In this document: positions 36,651 to 45,170 of the stretch, piece after piece | Position numbering within the stretch: the stretch's first letter is position 1 | Layout: every line of letters begins with the position of its first letter | Source of the DNA: an uncultured Candidatus Binatia bacterium | GTDB taxonomy: Bacteria > Desulfobacterota > Binatia > UBA9968 > JAJDTQ01 | Reading direction: 5' to 3' | DNA: 64,000 nucleotides | NCBI GenBank assembly: GCA_965242525.1 | Contig: OZ251459.1 | Coordinates: forward strand, 256,001-320,000 | Position numbers and translations under genes: made by a program | The notes under the pieces: generated by a model | What the model saw: the letters and a program-made list of their open reading frames with translations, nothing else | The model's database searches: none | What the model was told of the DNA's origin: nothing

Positions 36651-36724
36651 CGAGTCCCTCCTCCCGGCTTCCGTTTCCGGTATTGTCTGGATGGAGTGGA
36701 AGCAAGAGTAGGGCCATCGGTCCA

Positions 36725-36740
36725 TGGCAATGAATTTGCT
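36725..36740 (+). promoter_or_regulatory. Sigma54 (-24/-12) promoter candidate
   Basis: TGGCAATGAATTTGCT has exact GG-N10-GC spacing. Confidence 0.6.
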
Positions 36741-36867
36741 TGAAAAATTCCCGCAACGGTGGAGGCGCGCCGCGCGGAATCCGTTCCCCTGGACCGGCGT
36801 TGCCAAGGAAATGACGCGCCGGGCGGGTCCGGGGCTTGCTTTCGGCGGCCTGTTTCATTGATATTAC

Positions 36868-36907
36868 TGACGGTTGGGAGCGTCAGGGAAATGACGTTCC
36901 ACCGTCA
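36868..36907. promoter_or_regulatory. Double palindrome, candidate enhancer
   Basis: TGACG-N8-CGTCA-N6-TGACG-N6-CGTCA; the two halves are also near-inverted copies of each other. Confidence 0.5.
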
Positions 36908-37034
36908 AGGTTTTGGCATCGTCGGGCTCGGGGAACCCCGCGGCCGTCATCAGCCGGCGTCGAAACCGCGGCTGCGTATGCAGCTTGCAGCCAATGCCCA
37001 GGGAAAGGGCAGGCCAGGGACCGGAGCCGCTTCG

Positions 37035-37931
37035 ATGAGTGATCCACGGACGGAACCCGCGGAGGACGCTGGTCTTCCGCCCGCCCCCCTCACCCTCGAG
37101 GGTTGGGCCGTACTGCACCAGATGTTCCGCATCCGGTGGGCGGAGTGGAACGCCCTCGACCCGGTGGAGCGGCGGGAGGCCGTCGAGGAAGCGGTATCCG
37201 TGCTGACGGACATGGAGCAGGGACCTGCGGGCAGGAGCGGGTTGGCGTCGCTGCTGGGCCACAAGGGCGACCTGATGCTCATCCATTTCCGGGAGTCCTT
37301 CGACCACCTGAACGACGCGGAGCTGGCCCTGGCCCGACTCAGGCTGGCGGCCTTCCTGGAGACCACCACCTCCTACCTCTCGGTGGTGGAGTTGGGGCTC
37401 TACGGCGCGTCCGCGCAGCTCTACCGTTCGCTGGAAGGGAAGGGGGTGGCGCCCGGTACGCCGGAGTGGAAGCAGCAGGTGGAGGCCTACCTGGTCCAGG
37501 CCCGGAAGGGCATGGAGGACCGGCTCCGGCCCGAGATCCCCGCCCGACGCTACGTCTGCTTCTACCCCATGGACAAGAGGCGCGGCGAGGCGAAGAACTG
37601 GTACCAGGCGCCCCTGTCCGAGCGCCGGCGGATGATGCAGGAGCACGGCTTCATCGGCCGGGGCTACGCCGGACGGGTCACCCAGATCATCTCGGGATCC
37701 ATCGGCTTCGACGACTGGGAGTGGGGCGTGGACCTGTTCGCCGACGACCCGGTGGTGTTCAAGAAACTGGTCTATGAGATGCGCTTCGACGAGGCCAGCG
37801 CCCTCTACGGCCTGTTCGGCCCCTTCTACATGGGGCTCCGGTTCCGGGCCGGGGACTTGGGGACGTTGCTCGAAGGAAGGACGCCGGAGCTCCGGGGGGA
37901 TGGCGGGAGCGGGTCCCGCCGGTCCGGCTGA
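37035..37931 (+). CDS. chdC: Coproheme decarboxylase (ChdC/HemQ)
   Basis: Motifs TLEGWAVLH, YLSVVELG, FYPMDKRR, NWY, EHGFIGR, GFDDWEWGV and MRFDEASA. Confidence 0.87.
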   Translation: MSDPRTEPAEDAGLPPAPLTLEGWAVLHQMFRIRWAEWNALDPVERREAVEEAVSVLTDMEQGPAGRSGLASLLGHKGDLMLIHFRESFDHLNDAELALARLRLAAFLETTTSYLSVVELGLYGASAQLYRSLEGKGVAPGTPEWKQQVEAYLVQARKGMEDRLRPEIPARRYVCFYPMDKRRGEAKNWYQAPLSERRRMMQEHGFIGRGYAGRVTQIISGSIGFDDWEWGVDLFADDPVVFKKLVYEMRFDEASALYGLFGPFYMGLRFRAGDLGTLLEGRTPELRGDGGSGSRRSG

Positions 37932-37980
37932 CCCGGAGGGCCGCGGTCCCTGCAGGCAGGGACGGAGACCCCGGGCGGGT

Positions 37981-39024
37981 TCAGAACTCGGTCCCGATCC
38001 CCCTGGCGCTGGCGAGGTCGAAGATCCGGCTGGCGATGGCGATGTCGGCCACCCCCTGTCCGGCGTTGTTCTTGAACAGGGTGACCTGTTCCCGGGAGGT
38101 GCGGCCGGGTATCCGTCCGGTGAGCAGCTCGCTCAGGTCGCCCACCTGGTCCCAGCGGAGGATGCCTTTCTCCACCGGTTCGTGGAAGTCTCCCTGCTCG
38201 TCCTGGATGGCCTGCTCCCGGGAGTTGGCGACGATGACGTGGCTGCGTTGGACGGTGGCGTCGTCGACCTCCCGGCGCCGTTGCCCGATGATGCCCGCCT
38301 TCACGAGCCCCACGTTGCCGCCGACGATGGAGGTCACGTGGACCCCCGGCTCCAGCCATGAGCCGTCGAACACCGGGACGTTGGAGTTGGTGGCGGTGAG
38401 CACCACGTCCGCGCCCCGGACCGCCTCGCGGGCGCTGTCCACCGGGACCAGCTCGCACCGCGCCTGGGGCTGCATCTCCCGGCAGAAGGCCGCCCGGGTT
38501 TCGGGGGTGCGGCAGAAGACCTTCACCCGCTCGAAGGGGCGGACGGCGGCGAAGGCCCGCAGGTGGTACTTGGCCTCCGCGCCCGCCCCGAGAAGCCCCA
38601 GCACCGCGGCGTCCTCCCGGGCGAGGTGGCGAGTGCCCACCGCGCTGGTGGCCGCGGTGCGCAACTGGGTGGCCCGGGTGGCGGGGAGGTCCGCGAGGCC
38701 GAAACGACCCGCCAGCACTCCCTTGAGGGACGCGTCCCGGGTATCGAACAGCACCACGCACGGACGGCCCATGTGGTCGTAGGTCTGGACGTCCGCGGAC
38801 GCCGCCACGAACTCCGAGTGGACCAGGACGCCGATGCCGCCGAGGCTCGGGACGCCGCCGGGATGCACGCTCACCCGCGCTCCCTCCCGGGTCATGATCC
38901 TGCGCCGGGGGGCGTTCAGGTCCGCATTGCCGCCCAGCTCCCGGAACCCGGCCTCCACCGCGTCGATGGCCTGCTCCATGGTGATGATCCCGGCCGCGTC
39001 TTCCGCTCGAATCAGCAAGGCCAC
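37981..39024 (-). CDS. Ornithine cyclodeaminase/mu-crystallin family protein
   Basis: Motifs RTAATSAV, GAGAEA, ADVVLTAT, LEPGVHV and GQGVADIA. Confidence 0.9.
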   Translation of the reverse strand: MALLIRAEDAAGIITMEQAIDAVEAGFRELGGNADLNAPRRRIMTREGARVSVHPGGVPSLGGIGVLVHSEFVAASADVQTYDHMGRPCVVLFDTRDASLKGVLAGRFGLADLPATRATQLRTAATSAVGTRHLAREDAAVLGLLGAGAEAKYHLRAFAAVRPFERVKVFCRTPETRAAFCREMQPQARCELVPVDSAREAVRGADVVLTATNSNVPVFDGSWLEPGVHVTSIVGGNVGLVKAGIIGQRRREVDDATVQRSHVIVANSREQAIQDEQGDFHEPVEKGILRWDQVGDLSELLTGRIPGRTSREQVTLFKNNAGQGVADIAIASRIFDLASARGIGTEF

Positions 39025-39071
39025 GTTTCCTTCCCGTCCTTTCAGCTTGGCGCCGCGGGGAGCGGCGGCGG

Positions 39072-40292
39072 TCAGTGGGTGGCGCCCGCCGCCAGCGGCG
39101 CGGTCCTGGGGATGGCGCGCTCGTCGATGGGCCAGTGCAGCAGCGCCGCCACTACCCCGAGGCCGACCCCGGTCCACCAGACCACGTCGTAGGATCCCGT
39201 GTAGTCGAAGAGCGCGCCGCCGAGCCAGATGCCCACGAAGCTGCCCACCTGGTGGTCCAGGAACACGATGCCGTAGAGCATGGCCATGTACCGGGTGCCG
39301 AAGACCTGGGCGATGATGCCGCTGGTGAGGGGGACGGTGCTGAGGAACAGCAGGCCCGTGAGGGCGGAAAAGACCGCCACGCTCAGCTCGGTCATGGGCA
39401 GGAGGAAGAAGCCGGCCATGACCACTGCGCGCATGAGGTAGATGAAGCTCAACAGGTTCTTCTTGCTGTACCGGTTGCCCAGTGCGCCGGCCGCCAGGCA
39501 GCCGGCCACGTTGAAGAGCCCGATGAGCATGAGCGCGGTGGCGCCGGTCCGGGGCGGCATGCCGGCGTCCACCAGCAGCGCCGGCAGGTGGGACGCGATG
39601 AACAGGGTCTGGAAGCCGCAGACGAAGAACCCGGCCGTCAGCAGCAGGTACCCCGAGTGGCGCCGGGCCTCCCCCAGGGCCTGCCACAGGGTCTGGCCGC
39701 GCTGGCCGGCGCCCGCGGCCGGCGCGTCTTCGGCCAGCGCCGCGGACAGCGGCGCCACGAGTCCGGCGATCAGGGCCAGCAGGACGAGGGCGTCCACCCA
39801 ACCGTAGGACGAGATCAGGACCTGGCCCAACGGCACCACCAGGAACTGCCCGAGGGAGCCGCCGGCGCTGCCGATGCCCAGGTAGAGGCCGCGCCGGCTC
39901 GGCGGCGCGCTGCGGCCGATGACCGCGAGGACCAGTGAGAAGCTGGTGCCGCTCATGCCCACGCCGGTGAGGAAGGCGGTGCTGAAGGTCATGCTCCAGG
40001 GGTCCCGGGACACGGACATGAGGTAGAGGCCGAGCACGTAGGCCAGGGCGCTCAGGGCCACCACCTTGGCGGACCCGTAGCGGTCCGCCAGTCCCCCCAG
40101 GACCGGCTGGGCGAGCCCCCAGACGAGGCTTTGCAGCGCCACCGCGAAGGAGAACACGCCCCGGGGCCAGCCCAGGGCGTCGCTCACCGGGGTCAGGAAC
40201 AAGCCGTAGGTCTGGCGGATGCCGAAGGCCAGCATCATCACCAGCGTGCCGCAGGTCAGGACGACGATGGGGGTGCGCCAGGATCGTTGCAT
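39072..40292 (-). CDS. MFS transporter
   Basis: About 12 TM helices; motifs GIRQTYGLF, LADRYG, GFFVCGFQ, TVPLTSG and HQVGSF; TTGACT-17-TATGAC promoter just upstream. Confidence 0.92.
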   Translation of the reverse strand: MQRSWRTPIVVLTCGTLVMMLAFGIRQTYGLFLTPVSDALGWPRGVFSFAVALQSLVWGLAQPVLGGLADRYGSAKVVALSALAYVLGLYLMSVSRDPWSMTFSTAFLTGVGMSGTSFSLVLAVIGRSAPPSRRGLYLGIGSAGGSLGQFLVVPLGQVLISSYGWVDALVLLALIAGLVAPLSAALAEDAPAAGAGQRGQTLWQALGEARRHSGYLLLTAGFFVCGFQTLFIASHLPALLVDAGMPPRTGATALMLIGLFNVAGCLAAGALGNRYSKKNLLSFIYLMRAVVMAGFFLLPMTELSVAVFSALTGLLFLSTVPLTSGIIAQVFGTRYMAMLYGIVFLDHQVGSFVGIWLGGALFDYTGSYDVVWWTGVGLGVVAALLHWPIDERAIPRTAPLAAGATH

Positions 40293-40450
40293 GGATGGCA
40301 TGAGTCATAGAGGCAGGACGGCTCGGAGTCAAGGAACCGGCCGCCGCCGGGGATGACAAGGGTCCCCGCATGGTGCATAAAGGTCCGGGAGGCCGCGGGG
40401 CGGACCCGCGGCGGACCGTTCCGGGACACGAACGGAGGGAGGGTCGGTCG

Positions 40451-41347
40451 ATGGTATTCAGGATCGGCACCGCGGACGCCGGCGGCACGTTCGACACCCA
40501 GGGCAGGGCCGTTGCCCGGGTCTTCCACGAGTCCCGCCCCGCGGGAGAGCGCTGCGAGCTCATTCGGAGCGCCGCGAGCATCGACAACGCCAACCGGCTC
40601 GACCGCGGCGAGGTCGAGTTCGGCTTCATGGCTTCCAACTGGGTGCCCCGGGCGGTGCAGGGGGCCGCGCCCTTCCACCGCCCCATGGCGTTGCGCATGG
40701 CGTCGCCGGCCAACGCGGGCCCAGTCTTCTTCGTCGCCCTGGACGAATCGCCCGTGGAGGAAGTGGCCCATCTCGCCGGCAAGCGCGTGGCGGTGGGCCC
40801 CAGGGACAGCGGCATGGTCCGGCACGTCCACGCCATTTGCGACGCCCTGGGCATGGGGTTCACGGACTTCACCGCGGTCTATCTGGGCTTCCCCGAGGGG
40901 GCCGACGCCCTGGCCGCGGGCGAGGTGGACGTCCAGTTCCAGTGTCCGATCCCCAACGCGGTGATGACCGACCTGAGCCAGCGGGCCCGGGTCAAGGTGG
41001 TCCGGTACCGGGAGGAACAGCTCCGGCAGGTGCTGTCGAAGGCGCCTTTCTACCGCCGGTGCGTCATGCGCCGGGGGGCGTTCCGGGGGCTCCGGGAAGA
41101 CGTTCCCCGGCTCGCGGTGCTCAACGTCCTGGTGACCCACGAGCGCGTGGACGAGGACCTCGTTCACACGCTGGTCTCGACGTTGCTGCGGAACACCGGG
41201 CCGCTGGCCCGGCTCAACCCCCTGTTCGAGGGCTTGGCTGACCTCTACGAGCCGCTTCGGGAGCAGGGGGCCGCGGCGTTGGAGTCGGTGGGAGCGCCGT
41301 TGCACGCCGGGGCGCTGAGGGCTTACCGGGACGCCGGCTACCTGTGA
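40451..41347 (+). CDS. TAXI-family TRAP solute-binding protein (no signal peptide, no adjacent permease)
   Basis: Motifs IGTADAGGTF, SIDNANRL, GKRVAVGPRDSG and PLHAGALRAYRDAG. Confidence 0.85.
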   Translation: MVFRIGTADAGGTFDTQGRAVARVFHESRPAGERCELIRSAASIDNANRLDRGEVEFGFMASNWVPRAVQGAAPFHRPMALRMASPANAGPVFFVALDESPVEEVAHLAGKRVAVGPRDSGMVRHVHAICDALGMGFTDFTAVYLGFPEGADALAAGEVDVQFQCPIPNAVMTDLSQRARVKVVRYREEQLRQVLSKAPFYRRCVMRRGAFRGLREDVPRLAVLNVLVTHERVDEDLVHTLVSTLLRNTGPLARLNPLFEGLADLYEPLREQGAAALESVGAPLHAGALRAYRDAGYL

Positions 41348-41397
41348 GCCGGCAGGAGGGGACGGGCAGGGGGGACGCCGAGGGGCGGGGACGCCGG

Positions 41398-42759
41398 CTA
41401 GCCGGCCGCGGCCGCCCCTTGCTGCCCCCGCCGCTCGAAGTAGTCCCTGGCGATGTCGGGAAACAGCGTGTAGGAGAGCAGGTCTTCCTCGCTGGCCGCA
41501 AGGTCGCCGATCTCCTGGCGGGCGGCTTCCATCCTGGGCTCCAGCAGGTCCGCGGGGCGGCAGCGGATGGGGTCCTTCTTGCCGAGGACCATGGCCTTCA
41601 TCTCGTCGCTGACCTGTCCCGGGGGCGCGCCGTAGTGGCCCATGACGTAGTTGCGCACTTCCATGGTGACGACCCCGTAGCGCTTGCCGGTGAGGACGTT
41701 CAAGGTGGCCTGGGAACCCACGATCTGGCTGGTGGGCGTGACCAGCGGCGGATAGCCGAGGTCCTTGCGCACCGCCTGCACTTCCCGGAGCACTTCGTCC
41801 AGACGGCCTTCGGCGTTCTGCTGGCGCAACTGCGTCACCAGGTTCGAGAGCATGCCGCCGGGGATCTGCGACTCGACGATCTCGGCGTTGACCCGGTTGC
41901 TGACGGGGCTCTCGAAGTCGCTGTACTTGCTGCGCACCTCGGTGAAGTAGTTGGCGATGCCGTTGAGTCGGCGCAGGTCGAGGCCGGTGTCGCGGGGGGT
42001 GCCCTTGAGGGACACCACCAGGGCCTCCGTGGCCGGTTGCGAGGTGCCGTGGGACAGTGTGGAGATGGCCGTGTCCACGATGTCCACGCCTGCTTCCACG
42101 GCCATGATGTAGGACATGTGGGCCATGCCGGTGGTGCAGTGGGAGTGCAGGTGGACGGGAACGGTGAACCGCCTCTTCAACTCGCCGATGAGCTCCCGCG
42201 CCACGTAGGGCGACAACAGGCCGGCCATGTCCTTGACCGCCAGGACGTCGGTGCCGGCTTCCACGAGCTTTTCGGCGAAGTCGATGAAGTATTCCAGCGA
42301 GTGGACCGGACTGATGGTGTAGGAGATGGCGGCCTCCAGGGTCTTGCCGGTGCGTTTCACCGCGTCCATGGAGGTCTTCATGTTGCGGACGTCGTTCATG
42401 GCGTCGAAGACCCGGAACACGTCGATGCCGTTGTCCGCGGACTTCTCGACGAAGTACTCCACCGCGTCGTCCGGGTAGTTGCGGTATCCGACGATGTTCT
42501 GGCCCCGCAGCAACATCTGGAGCCGGGTGTTGGGCATGGCGTCCCGGATCAGCCTCAGGCGGTCCCAGGGGCACTCGTCCAGGTATCGGAGGCAGGCGTC
42601 GAAGGTGGCCCCTCCCCACATCTCCACCGACCAGAAGCCGATGGCGTCCAGCTCCTGGGCGATGGGGAGCATGTCCTCGGTGCGCATCCTCGTGGCGAGC
42701 AGCGACTGGTGCGCGTCCCTCAGTACGGTCTCGGTGACCCCGACTCTCTTGCCTTCCAT
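41398..42759 (-). CDS. Pyruvate/oxaloacetate carboxyltransferase (OadA/PycB/transcarboxylase 5S-like) without biotinyl domain
   Basis: Motifs LRDAHQSLLATR, WGGATFD, MLLRGQN, KDMAG, HSH, PGGMLSNL and LVTPTSQIVG. Confidence 0.93.
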   Translation of the reverse strand: MEGKRVGVTETVLRDAHQSLLATRMRTEDMLPIAQELDAIGFWSVEMWGGATFDACLRYLDECPWDRLRLIRDAMPNTRLQMLLRGQNIVGYRNYPDDAVEYFVEKSADNGIDVFRVFDAMNDVRNMKTSMDAVKRTGKTLEAAISYTISPVHSLEYFIDFAEKLVEAGTDVLAVKDMAGLLSPYVARELIGELKRRFTVPVHLHSHCTTGMAHMSYIMAVEAGVDIVDTAISTLSHGTSQPATEALVVSLKGTPRDTGLDLRRLNGIANYFTEVRSKYSDFESPVSNRVNAEIVESQIPGGMLSNLVTQLRQQNAEGRLDEVLREVQAVRKDLGYPPLVTPTSQIVGSQATLNVLTGKRYGVVTMEVRNYVMGHYGAPPGQVSDEMKAMVLGKKDPIRCRPADLLEPRMEAARQEIGDLAASEEDLLSYTLFPDIARDYFERRGQQGAAAAG

Positions 42760-42860
42760 CAGTTTCTCCCGGTTCGACGAACGGTGACGTGCAGCGATGC
42801 TGACAGGTGACGCGGCAGGATAAGGCATCCGCGGCCCGTTTGCAAGCAAAACGCCCTATA

Positions 42861-42955
42861 TCCCCGTTCGTCCTGAGCGTAGCGAAGCGAAGTCGAAGGA
42901 CGCGCTTTCCCGCAGGGAGAGGAAGTCCAAGCCGGAATTGTTCCGACCTTTCCAT
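42861..42955 (+). repeat. Composite REP/MITE-like element (family A, one arm retained)
   Basis: TCCCCGTTCGTCCTGAGCGTAGCGAAGCGAAGTCGAAGGACGC plus an arm matching the reverse complement of 20258-20310. Confidence 0.85.
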
Positions 42956-42986
42956 TGGGGGTCTTCCGGCAGGAAAACGCGGCGCT

Positions 42987-44465
42987 TCAAGCCCGGGCGC
43001 CCGCGGTCGGAGCAGCCGGGACCGTCCGCGGGACCGCGTGGGGGGCGCACGGCAGGTGGACGGAGACGCGGGTGCCCTTGCCCAACCGGCTCTCGATCTT
43101 CAGTTCGCCGCCGTGGGCCTGGGTGATGTGCTTGACGATGGCGAGACCCAGCCCGGTGCCGCCGAGTTCCCGGGAGCGCGCCTTGTCCACGCGGTAGAAC
43201 CGCTCGGTGAGCCGGGGCAGGTCCTTTTCCGGGATGCCGCAGCCGGTGTCCGACACGGTCAACGCCGCCCTGGGTCCGCGGCCGCCGTTGGCGCCCGGCT
43301 CGAAACGCGCCTCCACCGCCACCTCGCCGTGCTCGGGGGTGTACTTGACGGCGTTGTCCACGAGGTTGATGAGCAGTTGCTGGAGGCGGTCCTCGTCTCC
43401 GAGGAGGTGCGGCGCGTCGGCGTCCACGTCGGCGCGTATGCGGATGTGCTTCCGGTTGGCCTGGGTGCGGAAGAGCTCCAGGACGCGTTCCGTCAGCGGC
43501 TTGGCGGCTACTTGCTGCATCCTCAGGCTCACGTTGCCCATCTCCAGGTCGGACAGGGCCAGCAGGTCGTCGATGAGGCGTCCCATGCGTTCCGAGTGGC
43601 GCTTGACGACCTGGAGGAACTGGCGCGCCTTCCTGGGGTCGTTGGGCGGGTCGTCCAGGAGCGTCTCGGCGTAACCCTGTATGGCGGTCAGGGGCGTGCG
43701 CATCTCATGGGAGACGTTGGCGACGAAGTCGGCGCGGATCTGCTCCAGCCGCTTCAACTCGGTGACCTCGTGGAACACCAGCACGTAGCCGAGCAGGCGC
43801 CCCCGGGAGTCCTTCAGACGGGCGGCGTTGACCGTGAAGCAGTCGTCGCCGAGGGTCACCTGGCGCTGGAGGGCGTCCCGGGCGGAGTCGCTTCCCACCA
43901 TCTCCCGAATCAGGGCCTGCATCTCCGGATGGCGCAGGATCTCCACCGTGGACATGCCGAGGACGTTGGCGTCCGGCGGAAGGCGGAATATGCTCTGGGC
44001 CATCTGGTTCACCAGGATCACCCTGCCGTCGGTGTCCAGCACGACCACCCCTTCCATCATGCAGCTCAGGATGGAACGCAGTTTCTCCCTTTCCGCGGTG
44101 GCTTCCCGGAGGCGGCCCGTCAGGGCGCCGGCCAACCGGCCGAGGCCTTCCTCCAACGCCCCCAGCTCGTCCGCGCGACGCACCGGGAGCGCCGTCCCGG
44201 AGGGGTCTTCTTCGCGGCCGGCCCTCCGGCAGAAGGCCACCATGTCGGCCACGCGCTTCCGCGTCCGCCGGAGCCATGCCGCGGCTCCCAGCAGGCCCAG
44301 GGAGAAGACGGCCCAGGCCCCAACGAGCGCCAGCGGGTCCAGTGGCGCTTCGGAGGACGGGGAGCCCGGACGCCAGAGATGGACGAAAGCGAAGAAGAGC
44401 AGGGTGAGCAGCAGGTAGCCGGCGCACAACCCGCCGACGAGACTATTTCTCGAGGGACTTCTCAT
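42987..44465 (-). CDS. phoR: Phosphate regulon sensor histidine kinase
   Basis: 2 TM helices, HAMP-like and PAS regions; DFVANVSHEMRTPLT, NAVKY and ERFYRVDKARSRELGGTGLGL; follows phoU and phoB. Confidence 0.9.
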   Translation of the reverse strand: MRSPSRNSLVGGLCAGYLLLTLLFFAFVHLWRPGSPSSEAPLDPLALVGAWAVFSLGLLGAAAWLRRTRKRVADMVAFCRRAGREEDPSGTALPVRRADELGALEEGLGRLAGALTGRLREATAEREKLRSILSCMMEGVVVLDTDGRVILVNQMAQSIFRLPPDANVLGMSTVEILRHPEMQALIREMVGSDSARDALQRQVTLGDDCFTVNAARLKDSRGRLLGYVLVFHEVTELKRLEQIRADFVANVSHEMRTPLTAIQGYAETLLDDPPNDPRKARQFLQVVKRHSERMGRLIDDLLALSDLEMGNVSLRMQQVAAKPLTERVLELFRTQANRKHIRIRADVDADAPHLLGDEDRLQQLLINLVDNAVKYTPEHGEVAVEARFEPGANGGRGPRAALTVSDTGCGIPEKDLPRLTERFYRVDKARSRELGGTGLGLAIVKHITQAHGGELKIESRLGKGTRVSVHLPCAPHAVPRTVPAAPTAGARA

Positions 44466-45153
44466 CCCACTTGTAGCCTACGCCCCTTATGGTGACGATG
44501 CAGTCGGGACTGCGGCGGCCGCGCTCCAGGGCCGCCCGGATCCTGCGGATGTGGACGTCCACCGTGCGGGGTATCACATGGACGTCGGAATGCCACACCC
44601 CGTCCAGGATCTGGTCGCGGCTCAACACCCGGTCGCGGTTCCGGACCAGGAAGCCCAGGACCTCGAACCCCTTGAGGGTGAGCGGGACCGGCTTTCCGGC
44701 CACGTGGACCTCATAGGTGGTGAAATCGATCCGGAGGGGTCCCTTCTCATAGACTTCCGCGGTGTCGGGCGGCGCCGAAGGCCCGGTTCGCCGGAGCACC
44801 GCCTTGACCCGGGCCACCATCTCCCTTGGGCTGAAGGGTTTGGTGAGGTAGTCGTCGGCTCCCAACTCCAGGCCCACCACCCGGTCGGCTTCCCCCGCCC
44901 TTGCGGTGACCATGAGGATCGGCGTCCGGGCCGTCTTCGGGTTCTGCCGGAGGATCCTGCAGAACTCCAGGCCCGATAGTCCCGGCAGCATCAGGTCCAG
45001 CACGATGAGCCGCGGCGGTTCCTTCCTTACCATCTCGAGGGCGTCTTCGCCGTTCTCGACTTCGAGGACCCGGAAGCGCTCCTGGCGCAGGTGGTAGGAG
45101 ACGAGCTTGCGTATGTCCGCCTCGTCTTCCACGACGAGGATCTTGTCCGACAT
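44443..45153 (-). CDS. phoB: OmpR/PhoB-family response regulator
   Basis: ILVVEDE, LDLMLP, GADDYLTKPFS and winged helix RTVDVHIRR; operon context. Confidence 0.88.
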   Translation of the reverse strand: MSDKILVVEDEADIRKLVSYHLRQERFRVLEVENGEDALEMVRKEPPRLIVLDLMLPGLSGLEFCRILRQNPKTARTPILMVTARAGEADRVVGLELGADDYLTKPFSPREMVARVKAVLRRTGPSAPPDTAEVYEKGPLRIDFTTYEVHVAGKPVPLTLKGFEVLGFLVRNRDRVLSRDQILDGVWHSDVHVIPRTVDVHIRRIRAALERGRRSPDCIVTIRGVGYKWDEKSLEK

Positions 45154-45170
45154 CAGGCTTCCCCACGGTT

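Noticed and set aside
36913-36930. Second sigma54 promoter TGGCATCGTCGGGC
   Set aside because: GG-to-GC spacing is one base short and the TT before GC is missing.
37981-40872. 963-aa ORF as a cyclodeaminase fusion
   Set aside because: The upstream part overlaps the MFS gene out of frame; the real gene starts at GTG 39024.
6305-42955. Family-A repeats as a CRISPR array
   Set aside because: They are dispersed single copies with no spacers, no regular period and no cas genes.
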